Source of the DNA: a virus
Length of the DNA stretch: 64,000 nt
Virus record (IMG/VR): IMGVR_UViG_3300028800_000071
Span: 16,796 to 80,795 of that record
Direction: 5' to 3' (one strand)
A program made the translations under genes and the position numbers. Below the pieces are notes generated by a model that worked only from the letters and a program-made list of their open reading frames with translations, did not search any database and was not told where the DNA came from. Every line of letters starts with the position of its first letter. Position 1 is the stretch's first letter. Positions 47,316 through 56,624 of the stretch are shown in pieces.

Positions 47316-47522
47316 ATGCTCGATATAGGCAAGGCGCTCGATCAGGCGATGCGCGAGCGTGATCTCTCAAACGTTCAGGTCGCTGCGGCGATCGGCAGCG
47401 CCGAGATCACGATCAAGCATTGGCGGCAATCCAAGAAGGAGCCGCGAGGGCGTGCGATCATCGCCCTGGTCAAATTCATCCCGCGCTTTGGCGAGCTTCT
47501 TGGATTGAGGGTAATCACGTGA
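47316..47522 (+). CDS. Cro/XRE-type HTH regulator
   Basis: LDQAMRERDLSNVQVAAAIGSAEITIKHWRQSKKEP. Preceded by a TTGCCG-N18-TAGGCT promoter-like sequence. Confidence 0.8.
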   Translation: MLDIGKALDQAMRERDLSNVQVAAAIGSAEITIKHWRQSKKEPRGRAIIALVKFIPRFGELLGLRVIT

Positions 47523-47980
47523 ACTTTCGAAAGGGCGACAAAATCGAAAACCTCGGCGCGGCGCGCAAGTGCCGGCTTGGCTACGTCAATCACCAGCCCG
47601 AGATCGACGCCAAGACGATCTCATATCGTTGCGCCGGCGCGCACGGCATCGAGCACACCGCTCGCATCGAGAACGTCGTGCTGCTCGCACAAGCGAGTGC
47701 CGCGTGATCGTCTGGCTGTGGTACTACGTCCTGCCCGGCGCGCGTAAGCGCCGCGAGGCGTTATTGGGCGCGACCTGCGGAGACGACGATTGCTGGATTT
47801 GCAACTTCGGGCAAGGCGGCGTGCCGACATGAACGAGCAAGCGAAGATCCTCGCCACGTTAGCCGACGAATGCAAGGATGCTCGTCGCAAACCAGCACAA
47901 CTCGTCGTTGCGTTCTGTGTCGAGGCCGCCGCTAAGGCAATCGTGAGCGCGTTGTTCTCGATGCCTCGGGCGCCGCTGTC

Positions 47981-48667
47981 GTGAAGTACGAAGTCGAACT
48001 GAGCGACGCCATCACGCCGATCGACGAGTTCAAAGCCGAGATCACGAACAGCTACGAACGTCGTCGCATCGCAGCGGCGTCGATTGCGCTCGGCCTCCCG
48101 TCCCCCGCCGACCTGGCCAAGATCAATATCGAAAAGATGACGGCGGCCGATTGCGCGACGGCGATCAAGTTCCTCGACGAAGCCCTCGCCTCGGCGCGAG
48201 CGCGCATGGGCGAGCTCCAAGATCCCGTCAACGAAGTCCGTAAGGCCGCCGCCAAGAAAGTCACGGAAGCGATTCACGAAGCCAAAGGCAAGAAGTTGCC
48301 GCACGACTTTCTCAACGTCGAGCTAACACGATCGCCAGGCCGCCGCTCGAACGAGGACGCGCGCCTCTCCGATCTATTCAAGCTCGTCGACTTCGTGCCG
48401 GCCGACCAGCTGGCGCCCTGCCTGTGGATTGATTCCGTAGACGTACAGAACGTGACGCCCGAGGCCATCGAAGCGATCTCGATGGCCGGCGGCAAACTGC
48501 ATTGGAAATGCAATCTCACGAAACTCGATAAGCTCGCCAGAGATTTCGGCGAGGATCACCCGATCGCCAAGATCATCAAAGACGCGACGCCGCGCGGCCC
48601 CGAAGGGCCGGAAGTTCTCACTATCACGCCGCGCGAAAGCGCGATGAAAACCGTAGGAGCAAAATGA
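47981..48667 (+). CDS. Hypothetical protein (recombination module)
   Basis: Coiled-coil N-terminal half; sits just before the KTSC and AAA genes. Confidence 0.6.
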   Translation: MKYEVELSDAITPIDEFKAEITNSYERRRIAAASIALGLPSPADLAKINIEKMTAADCATAIKFLDEALASARARMGELQDPVNEVRKAAAKKVTEAIHEAKGKKLPHDFLNVELTRSPGRRSNEDARLSDLFKLVDFVPADQLAPCLWIDSVDVQNVTPEAIEAISMAGGKLHWKCNLTKLDKLARDFGEDHPIAKIIKDATPRGPEGPEVLTITPRESAMKTVGAK

Positions 48668-48912
48668 TCAGAGTCAAGATTGAATCGCGCGCCATGACGA
48701 GCGTCGGCTACGACAAGGCCACGCAGACGCTGGAGATCGCGTTTCATCCCAAAGACGACAAGATTGCCGTTTGGCAGTATTCCCCCGTCCCGATCGAAGT
48801 TTACGATCGCCTCGTTGGCGGCGCCGAATCAGCCGGTCGCATTTGGGCGAAAGAAGTCAAGATGAATCCGGCCGTCATTGCGCTTCGGTGCGAGGACGAG
48901 GACGACGTATGA
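48664..48912 (+). CDS. KTSC domain protein
   Basis: ESRAMTSVGYDKATQTLEIAF...WQYSPVP...AESAGR. Confidence 0.88.
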   Translation: MIRVKIESRAMTSVGYDKATQTLEIAFHPKDDKIAVWQYSPVPIEVYDRLVGGAESAGRIWAKEVKMNPAVIALRCEDEDDV

Positions 48913-49307
48913 CGGACAGTAAAGAGACGCACGAGCGCATCGTCGAGGCCATCAACGCGCACGACGAACGCGGCCGCGAGCGCGAGCAGTTCAATCAGGC
49001 GTTTCTCGCGGCGCAAGCGGCAAAGCAGGTTGCCAAGAACTTCATCCAGCGCGGCGGCAAATGGCGCCTACGGCGAAAGCGGCGCCTGATCGACGCCGGC
49101 GTGCAGCCGGCCCGCGTCGTCGCGCGTCAGCAGCAAAGCGGCAACTACAACGTGGAGCTCGACGGGGCGCTCACGCATATCATCGCCCGCAACGAAAAAG
49201 GCGCATGGTTCGTCACGCGCTATAACGGTCACGGCCGCTCAGGCCTCTATAACGACCCCAAGATCGCAGCGCAACGCTACGGTCTGCTTATTCACGAATG
49301 GAAGTAG
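48909..49307 (+). CDS. Hypothetical protein
   Basis: Coupled ATGA overlap. Confidence 0.55.
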   Translation: MTDSKETHERIVEAINAHDERGREREQFNQAFLAAQAAKQVAKNFIQRGGKWRLRRKRRLIDAGVQPARVVARQQQSGNYNVELDGALTHIIARNEKGAWFVTRYNGHGRSGLYNDPKIAAQRYGLLIHEWK

Positions 49308-49320
49308 GAGAATAATCCAA

Positions 49321-49701
49321 ATGAAAAACCTGAAAGCCTTAGTATTGCTATTGGCGTTGCCGCTGCTCGCGGTGACGCAACCCATGGAACATACGGACGA
49401 CGCGCATTGCCATGCGGCCACGCAGGCCGACGATAACCCGGCGATCGTCGTGTGGTGTACGTCTGCGGCCGAAGATCACGTAACGGATGCCGAAGGCGAA
49501 AGCGGCGATTCGCGCGCGATCGATCTCGTGATGGGCGCGATGCAATTGCTCATTACGGCGCTGGCGCACCGCGAAATGGGCGACAGCAACTATCAGTATC
49601 TCGTTGACAACGCCCGCCAGGCATTACAGGAAGCCGCGCAGGCGGCGCGATCGAACCGCGTGATCTTGCTCGTCCAACACGCCCAAGAATCGTTGCCTTG
49701 A
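49321..49701 (+). CDS. Secreted/membrane hypothetical protein
   Basis: Signal-like MKNLKALVLLLALPLLA; GTAGGAGAA RBS. Confidence 0.6.
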   Translation: MKNLKALVLLLALPLLAVTQPMEHTDDAHCHAATQADDNPAIVVWCTSAAEDHVTDAEGESGDSRAIDLVMGAMQLLITALAHREMGDSNYQYLVDNARQALQEAAQAARSNRVILLVQHAQESLP

Positions 49702-50693
49702 GTCTATTCAAAAAGTCGAGCGAAACCGGCAAGAACGTTCGCGACAAAATCCTGATCTTCGGGCCGACGCATACGTCCAAGACGCACGCGGCGCTCGGCT
49801 GGCCAGATCCCGCTATCGTTGACGTCGAGAACCGTGCCGGCCACTTCTCCGACCGCTTCGACTTCTTCCACGCGCAGCCGCGCACGATGGACGATATCCT
49901 CGAGGTGATCGCCGAGCTCAAGAGCGGGCGCATCGGCTGCAAGACATTCGTGCTCGATTCGTATTCGGCGATCTACGAGAAACTCGTGGCGGTCCATACG
50001 ACCGTCACGAGCCCGCAGCAGGGCAAGGTTCCTGTCGCCGTCACGGACTATGCGACGGTCAACCGCCGCGTGGCGCCGATCCGCGAGTTCATCTTCTCGA
50101 CGATCGACCAAGACTTGATCGTCGTGGCGCACCAGCAACAGAAGTACGATCGCGCCGGCAACAATTTCTCGAAGCGCAAGGAAGTCGAGTTCATGGGCGA
50201 CGAGAAGTTCCGCTACGCGTTCGACTACGTATTCAGAACCGAGCCGACCGGCAGCGACCCGCGTACGCACGCCGTAAAGTTCGTGATCGAAAAGAGCGCT
50301 TCGCCGAAGCTCAAGATCGGCGACGTGCTGGCCGTGAAGCCGAACGAGAAGTTGTACGACGTTTTCCGGCAGCGCGTCGGAAAGGGCGAGACGGCCGCAC
50401 GGTCCTCCGCGGCCGCACCGCCTTCTCCCGAGGCGGCGCCCGCGCCCGCAAGTGAGCCGCCGCAGCAGGAGCAGCCGGCGTTGCTCGATACGGCCGTGGC
50501 CAATCGTCCGCTCACGCGCGAGCAGATCGCCGCGATTGCGAAGTTGCAGAGCCAGCTTGGTTTGAATCACGGGGATATCGGCGTCTTTGTGCTCGGCATT
50601 ACGGAGCACCGTTATCAGGACTACAAGTCGCTCACGGGCGGCGAGGCACAGACGTTGATCGCCATGCTCGAAAAGCAAGCCGCAGGCTCGTAA
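49698..50693 (+). CDS. AAA_24/Sak4-like P-loop recombination ATPase
   Basis: KILIFGPTHTSKT (variant Walker A), VDVEN, FVLDSY, IVVAH. Confidence 0.75.
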   Translation: MSLFKKSSETGKNVRDKILIFGPTHTSKTHAALGWPDPAIVDVENRAGHFSDRFDFFHAQPRTMDDILEVIAELKSGRIGCKTFVLDSYSAIYEKLVAVHTTVTSPQQGKVPVAVTDYATVNRRVAPIREFIFSTIDQDLIVVAHQQQKYDRAGNNFSKRKEVEFMGDEKFRYAFDYVFRTEPTGSDPRTHAVKFVIEKSASPKLKIGDVLAVKPNEKLYDVFRQRVGKGETAARSSAAAPPSPEAAPAPASEPPQQEQPALLDTAVANRPLTREQIAAIAKLQSQLGLNHGDIGVFVLGITEHRYQDYKSLTGGEAQTLIAMLEKQAAGS

Positions 50694-50968
50694 TGGAACG
50701 CTTTTACTTCGTCACGCTGCAATGGAAGCGCCTCGGCGATTCGGATTGGGTATTCCAAAACGATATCATCGACGTTCACCCGCTGGCCTATCTGCGCCGC
50801 AACGTCGAGGCGTCCGATCAAGCCGTCAAGCGCTACGAGGAATACAAAAAAGGCGGCAAGTGGCAACAGCCAACGGTCGCCGAGGAATACGTGCTGCGGT
50901 TTTGGGCTGAGATCACGCGCGAGCAGTACGACGAGCATAAGGCCTGGGAAGAACGGGAGCGCGAATGA
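50693..50968 (+). CDS. Hypothetical protein
   Basis: Coupled ORF. Confidence 0.55.
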   Translation: MERFYFVTLQWKRLGDSDWVFQNDIIDVHPLAYLRRNVEASDQAVKRYEEYKKGGKWQQPTVAEEYVLRFWAEITREQYDEHKAWEERERE

Positions 50969-51366
50969 ACGCCGGCAAGAGCGAGGCGCCCGACGAATTC
51001 GAGCGCCTCCGTGATGGCATGGAACGTCCGGTATATGACCGGCGGCCGAGTCCTAAACTAGAACCCGACGCACGCCATGAAGTGGATGATCTGTTGCCCG
51101 ATCTGGGAGATAAACCCCACACAGGCCGCGATGGTGATTGCCATGGTAAGACCCTCCTTGCGTCGGATAGTAGCACAAGCCGGTTGCGCTACGCCATAGG
51201 TCGCATTGGAGCTCGTCTGATCGCTCGGGTCGAGGCAATCGTCATGGCGCTGCCAGAGAACGCCAGGACGGGCCGTGGCGGCTTCCGATGGGGCGATCTG
51301 GCCTGCTGGCTGATCTTCGGCGCCACGGCGGCCTATTTCGTCGGCCGCTCGGTTTTGGGGCGCTAG

Positions 51367-51577
51367 ATATGCACAACGGTGGACAGCCTGTGTATAACTA
51401 CCCCACTTATCCACAGGGTTATCCACAGTCAACCCTGGGTTATGCACAGGTTATGCACAGGCGCTCTAAGGATCGCGCGCCGCGCGTGCGCGCGCTACTA
51501 CTGCTACTACTGACCGTAATTTCTAATTGGTTTACGCGCGAGGCCGCTTTTTCAAAACCTGTGGATAACGGGGATAA
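51367..51577. other. oriC-like replication origin (DnaA boxes, DnaA-trios, AT-rich segment)
   Basis: TTATNCACA boxes at 51389 (rev), 51407, 51419, 51440, 51451 and 51560 (rev); GC-rich spacer; CTACTACTGCTACTACTG at 51495-51512; then TAATTTCTAATT. Confidence 0.8.
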
Positions 51578-51771
51578 GTCATGACGCCGGCATTCGAGCG
51601 ACTGCTGCGCGAACGCGCGGCCAGCGCGATCTGGGAGGAGGATCGGAAGCTCTTTGCCCAGGCCGCCGACTTCGCTCGCGATCTCGACCGCTTCATCGTG
51701 GCCTGCGAGGCGTCCCGATCGCCCGGCATGACGATGATCGATCTCGCCAAAGAACTGCGAGCCATGTTCCC

Positions 51772-52137
51772 ATGAGTGACGATCTGTCGCTCTTTGATTA
51801 CGTGCCGCCCAAACCGCCGGTCGATCTCGCGCGCGACTTCGAGCGCGGCATGGAAGAATCGCAGCGCTCGGCCAACGCCAAGTGGACCGACGACGAGATC
51901 GCGACGGTACGCAAAGCGATCCGCACCGTTGCCGGCCGGCTGCATACCTTCACGACCGATGCCGTCTGGGACGAGCTCGGCGCGGACTTTCCGTTTTCGA
52001 AAGGCATGGCATCGCAACTGCTTGCGATCGTGCACGAAGGCATCATCATCAATACCGGCCGCGTTGACGTATCGCGTCGAGGCGGCAAACACGGCCACGC
52101 TCAACGTCTGAGCGTATGGCAATCAACGCTAAAGTAG
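51772..52137 (+). CDS. Hypothetical phage protein (possible winged helix)
   Basis: FTTDAVW...GIIINTGR...VWQS pattern. Confidence 0.55.
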   Translation: MSDDLSLFDYVPPKPPVDLARDFERGMEESQRSANAKWTDDEIATVRKAIRTVAGRLHTFTTDAVWDELGADFPFSKGMASQLLAIVHEGIIINTGRVDVSRRGGKHGHAQRLSVWQSTLK

Positions 52138-52145
52138 GAGAATCT

Positions 52146-53048
52146 ATGAAAGAAAAGCATATGCTAGGGCGGGAGGTAATCATGAGCACAACAGCCTTGA
52201 TCTTCGCTCTTGCGATCGCCGGGTGCGGCGGCGCGAAAATGACCCCGGCCCCCGGCCTTACCGGCATAGCCGGGAACGTCATTGCCCAGGGGAGTGACCC
52301 CTCGTCGACGACCTTCGTCTACGTCGTCGATACGTCCACCAATAAACTCTACGTCTATCCCGGCGGCGTCAACAATCCCGCGCCGATCAGAAGCGTGACG
52401 CCAGCTGACAAACCACACGCCGTCGTGACGGACGCGGCCGGCAACGTCTACGTTTCATCGACCGAAAGCGGCGAGATCGAAGTCTATGCCAGCGGCGCAA
52501 CAAGTCTGCTCTACACGATCACCGGGTTGAATCATCCGCAAGCGCTCACGATCGACGGGAACGGCAATCTCTACAGCGCCGACGTGAACGCGAGCGTCAT
52601 CACCGAATTCGCGCCAGGCGGTACGACGCCAATCGCGACGTTCGCGACCAACGCTGCGCCGCTCGGCGGTGTGGCGGTCGATTCGAATGGTACGGTCTAC
52701 GTTGACGAAACGGGTGGCGTGATCGAAGCCTGCAACCCGACGTGCGCAACGCTCCCCGGCGTCACCGGCCCGAGCTCGGCGACCGGCGGTCTAGCCTTCA
52801 CGGGCACGACGCTCAACGTCGCAGGCGGCCGCGTCGTGGCGCATTACGATACCTCAACGTGGACGCTCACGGGTTCGACAACCTACGGCGGCGGCATTGG
52901 CGTCGTGCGCTTCATCACCGCAGCCGGCGGCGTGCTCTCGGTGCCGTTTGCATCGTCATCGCTCGCGCCATCGGCCGTCTACGTCTCCAGCGGTCAAACG
53001 ATCACCAATAGTCTGCACGTTCCCTACGGCGCGGCGATCGGGCCGTAA
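52146..53048 (+). CDS. NHL-repeat (beta-propeller) lipoprotein
   Basis: Lipobox LAIAG-C; repeats PHAVVTDAAGNVYV, PQALTIDGNGNLYSAD, GVAVDSNGTVYV. Alternative start at 52182. Confidence 0.8.
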   Translation: MKEKHMLGREVIMSTTALIFALAIAGCGGAKMTPAPGLTGIAGNVIAQGSDPSSTTFVYVVDTSTNKLYVYPGGVNNPAPIRSVTPADKPHAVVTDAAGNVYVSSTESGEIEVYASGATSLLYTITGLNHPQALTIDGNGNLYSADVNASVITEFAPGGTTPIATFATNAAPLGGVAVDSNGTVYVDETGGVIEACNPTCATLPGVTGPSSATGGLAFTGTTLNVAGGRVVAHYDTSTWTLTGSTTYGGGIGVVRFITAAGGVLSVPFASSSLAPSAVYVSSGQTITNSLHVPYGAAIGP

Positions 53049-53076
53049 CACTAGCGCTTCTCATGAGGTTGTCAAA

Positions 53077-54285
53077 ATGAATCTCCGCAAACTCCCGCTC
53101 TACGCCGGCGCGGTCGCGATGATCTTCGCGGCGCTCGCGCTACTTGGCAGCAACGGAGGCAATCCGTTCACCGGCAAGCCAACCCCGTCGCCGTCGGCGT
53201 CGGCATCGCCAACTCCAACGCCGCAACCGACGCCGACGCCGATCATTAGTCATATCCCGCGAGTGACCGGCACGTATTGGCTCGGTAAATGCCAAGTCTA
53301 CAACGGCAAGAAGCGTCAACCCGATCCGATCGCCAACGCGATTCTTTCGCAATACGGGACCGACCCCAATGGTCCGAGCGTGATCGCAACCGCAGCGCCG
53401 CACGTCACGTTTTCGTCTGGCGACAACGCCGGCCTTGAGGTCGTCAATCTCGCAAACAACAGCACGCCGATGCTCACAATCAACACCGTGCCCGGGGGGC
53501 ACAGCCCGCCCTTCTCTCCCGGTGCGTACGGCGGCGGTTCGAATGCACAGATCCCGTGGTGCTCGACGACGAGTCTGCCGGGTTGTCCGAATGGTCCGTT
53601 TCAGATCGAGAATACCAACGCGCCGAACGATCACGATCAGTACGGCAGCGGCGACGGCCATACGGCCGTGCTCAATCAAGATACGTGCGTGCTGTATCAA
53701 GCCGGCGGTGCTCGGTGGGCCAACACCGGCGGCAGCAACGGCACGTTCTCTGCCTACAACGGATTCACCGATAACCTTTTCACCGATTACGATCATCAAG
53801 GCACGCCGTGGTCGCAGAACAAGGGCGACAACGTAACGGTGAGCGGTACGGGCGTCGTCAACTTCACGGATTACGACGACGACTTCGGAGCGAGGACGAT
53901 CAATCACCCGATCGGCATGATCTTGCCAACGTCGGTCGTCGTTTGTTACAACACGTGCGGGTCAATGGGCGTGAACTATTCGCCTGGCACCGGCGGTGAT
54001 GGCGCGTGTAGCGTTGGTCCGACGAAGTGTTTTATCTACGGCGATATCGTGTGGTTGCCGCTTACGTATATCTGTCCGACCGGCGACGATTGGACGTATA
54101 AGTTCTGCTTGCAACTCAAGACACAAGGGGCGGTCGTGCAGGACACGGGGTCGAGTCCGACGTTTCGATTCGGGTATGGGTTGGACGGAACGCATACGTA
54201 CGACCCGACGTTGTGGTCGTACATTCACAGCCTGCCGTTGTCGGCGTTCGTGCTCGCCTGTCGCGGATGCTTAACGCCCCCGTAA
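53077..54285 (+). CDS. Secreted/surface protein with Pro-Thr linker
   Basis: N-terminal TM, PTPSPSASASPTPTPQPTPTP linker, Cys-rich domain (GDGHTAVLNQDTCVLYQ). Confidence 0.7.
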   Translation: MNLRKLPLYAGAVAMIFAALALLGSNGGNPFTGKPTPSPSASASPTPTPQPTPTPIISHIPRVTGTYWLGKCQVYNGKKRQPDPIANAILSQYGTDPNGPSVIATAAPHVTFSSGDNAGLEVVNLANNSTPMLTINTVPGGHSPPFSPGAYGGGSNAQIPWCSTTSLPGCPNGPFQIENTNAPNDHDQYGSGDGHTAVLNQDTCVLYQAGGARWANTGGSNGTFSAYNGFTDNLFTDYDHQGTPWSQNKGDNVTVSGTGVVNFTDYDDDFGARTINHPIGMILPTSVVVCYNTCGSMGVNYSPGTGGDGACSVGPTKCFIYGDIVWLPLTYICPTGDDWTYKFCLQLKTQGAVVQDTGSSPTFRFGYGLDGTHTYDPTLWSYIHSLPLSAFVLACRGCLTPP

Positions 54286-54947
54286 TGCTGCTTATGACCC
54301 TGATCGGGTGGAGTCTCGCGGCCTACTTCGCAATGGCGGTGTGGGCCGCGGCTCTACGGTACGTCAAAATCAAAGAGCGCGTCGAGCGGGCATTGCAGAT
54401 CGCGCGAGCGCATACCGACTGCGGCGGCATTGATCGCAACTGCTGGTGCAGTCGAATCATGACGGCGCTAACGATGGAGAAAGCCGAATGAAACGATTCA
54501 TCGACTATTGGAGCTACGACGATAATTTCGGGCATCACTTTGCGTGGGGCGCGTTAGCGTTGGTGATCTTCGTCGTAGCGGCGATCATCGGCGTGATCTT
54601 TATGGTCGCGACGGCGTTCGCTTCGACGCCGGCCGCTACGCCGACGCCGTGCGGCGGGTACGATTGTCGCGGGACGGCAACCCCGCAGCCTGGCCAGACG
54701 GCAGCGCCATATACGCACGAATGCAATCTCGGGTGGGACGAACCGTGCTTCCCGCTGCCGAGCCCGACGCCATGAACGACGAACAGGGCTTTCGTACCGG
54801 CGCCTGGCTGTGCTTCTTGGCGCTCGCGATCGTTTTCGGGTCCGTCGCCGGCGCCATGATTTCCCTGCCGCCGTTCGATCTCGCTGCGGTCGGCTATATG
54901 CTCGGGATCGCAGGCGTATCGGCATTGCTGGCGATCGCGGTGAGGCC

Positions 54948-55526
54948 ATGACGGCCGAAGCCTTTACGGAGCAGCAGATGGGCGGCGAACGCGAACCGTT
55001 CCTGTCGATCTTTATCCCCGGCGAACCGTACCCGAAAGGGTCGCTCACGCCCATTACGCAGGGCACGCGTCTCGTCTACGACAAGCGCTTGAAACGTATG
55101 GGCAAGAAGCCGATCATCCGAATGCTGCCGGCGCACGATAAGTTGCGTAAGGACGGGACGCGCGGCGATGCGCGCAAGCGAGCGGAGATATGGACGCTTC
55201 ACGTCACGACGGCCTTCAACGTCTGGCAACTGACGCATAAGCGCGTGCCGGGCGACGACGAGGCGATCCGCGCGGAGCTCGTATTCGTTTTGCCGCGCCC
55301 GCCATCGCGCAAGAAGGCGAAGTATCCGAACCGCAAACCTGATCTCGATAAGCTCGCGCGTTGCGTCTATGATTGCGCCGTGCGGGCGAAGGTGCTCGGT
55401 GAGGATTCGCGCATCGTCAAGCAGCAGCATGAGAAGATCTTCCCGATCGAGCTCGTATATCCGCAGTACAATCCCGATACGGCCTTCCTGCCGACCGGCG
55501 TTCACGTCAAGTTGTGGGTTCTGTGA
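54948..55526 (+). CDS. rusA: RusA-like Holliday junction resolvase
   Basis: IPGEPYPKGS...FVLPRP...KPDLDKLARCVYD...EDSRIV. Confidence 0.85.
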   Translation: MTAEAFTEQQMGGEREPFLSIFIPGEPYPKGSLTPITQGTRLVYDKRLKRMGKKPIIRMLPAHDKLRKDGTRGDARKRAEIWTLHVTTAFNVWQLTHKRVPGDDEAIRAELVFVLPRPPSRKKAKYPNRKPDLDKLARCVYDCAVRAKVLGEDSRIVKQQHEKIFPIELVYPQYNPDTAFLPTGVHVKLWVL

Positions 55527-55797
55527 ACGAGGTCCGCTTCGTGCAATCGTTTGATCGGCGCGCGATCCCGTTGACGCACGTCTACGCTCGCGATCAGCTG
55601 CTAACATTCTATACGCGCACCCCGTTCGGAGGCACGACGCATCGGCATGAGCCGCGCCCGCGTACTATCTGTGGGCAGGTCATCGTGAAGCCGCGCGATC
55701 TGGCGTATCCGATCGGCACCATGTGCGAGCGGTGCGAATCGCTGCTCGACGACGGCAAAGTCCCGTCGGGGCCGATCGAAGTCGCGGAGTGGTTCGG

Positions 55798-56265
55798 GTG
55801 ATAAAACTCGTGATCGTGCCGGTGCCATTCGACGAAGCCTGCGCCTTCGTGCGTAAGCATCATCGGCATCATCGCTCGCCGCCGGGCGCAAAGTTTTCGA
55901 TCGGCGTGGCGCTCAATATCGACAACCGGCAACTTGAATCGATGATCGTCGGGGTGGCAATGGTCGGGCGTCCGGTCGCGCGCTCCTACGACGACGGGTG
56001 GACGCTGGAGATCATTCGGTGCGCCACGGACGGCACCAAGAATGCGTGCTCGGCCCTCTATCGCGCAGCTGCGCGAGCGGCGTTCGCGATGGGTTATCGC
56101 AAGGTCATCACGTACACGCGCACGGACGAAGGCGGCGCATCGTTGCGGGGATCTGGATTCAAATGCGTCGCGCAACGGCCGGCGCGATCTTGGGATACGC
56201 CAAGCCGGCCGCGCGTCGATAAGAGCGAGCCGCACGAACGGCTACTGTGGGAGGTTGTCGCGTGA
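55798..56265 (+). CDS. XF1762-family, Mom-like GNAT-fold DNA modification protein
   Basis: FVRKHHRHH...VGVAMVGRPVAR...LEIIRCATDG...NACSALY...YRKVITYT...GASLRGSGF. Confidence 0.8.
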   Translation: MIKLVIVPVPFDEACAFVRKHHRHHRSPPGAKFSIGVALNIDNRQLESMIVGVAMVGRPVARSYDDGWTLEIIRCATDGTKNACSALYRAAARAAFAMGYRKVITYTRTDEGGASLRGSGFKCVAQRPARSWDTPSRPRVDKSEPHERLLWEVVA

Positions 56266-56624
56266 GCGATCTGATCGCTCGGCTAAAGAACGAGCGCGCC
56301 GTGCTCGACGATCGCATCCGTGCGCTCGAAGCCGGTCAACCCGAGCCGCGGCGCCCGCACGATTGGCGCGGCTACGAGCTCGAAGGCCTGATCTGCGCCA
56401 ACTGCTCTGCGCTCTTGCGCGGTATGGTTGATATGAGCCAGGGATGGCCGGGTTACTGCGACGAGTGGGAAGGGCCGCGCCTCTCCGGTTACTTGGACAA
56501 TCTGCACCAGGCGAAGTACGAGCTCCACGATATCAAAGAGCGCATCGAAGGACTTGAGATTCGCGCGCCGATGCAAGAATGGCGGCGGCGCCTGCATTAC
56601 GTTCGAACCGGAGAGTGGACGTGA
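56262..56624 (+). CDS. Hypothetical protein
   Basis: Coupled between its neighbours. Confidence 0.55.
   Translation: MSDLIARLKNERAVLDDRIRALEAGQPEPRRPHDWRGYELEGLICANCSALLRGMVDMSQGWPGYCDEWEGPRLSGYLDNLHQAKYELHDIKERIEGLEIRAPMQEWRRRLHYVRTGEWT

Noticed and set aside
51367-51577. Host chromosomal oriC (that is, window is bacterial chromosome)
   Set aside because: Flanked on both sides by tightly packed phage-type genes, with no dnaA, rpmH or gyrB context.
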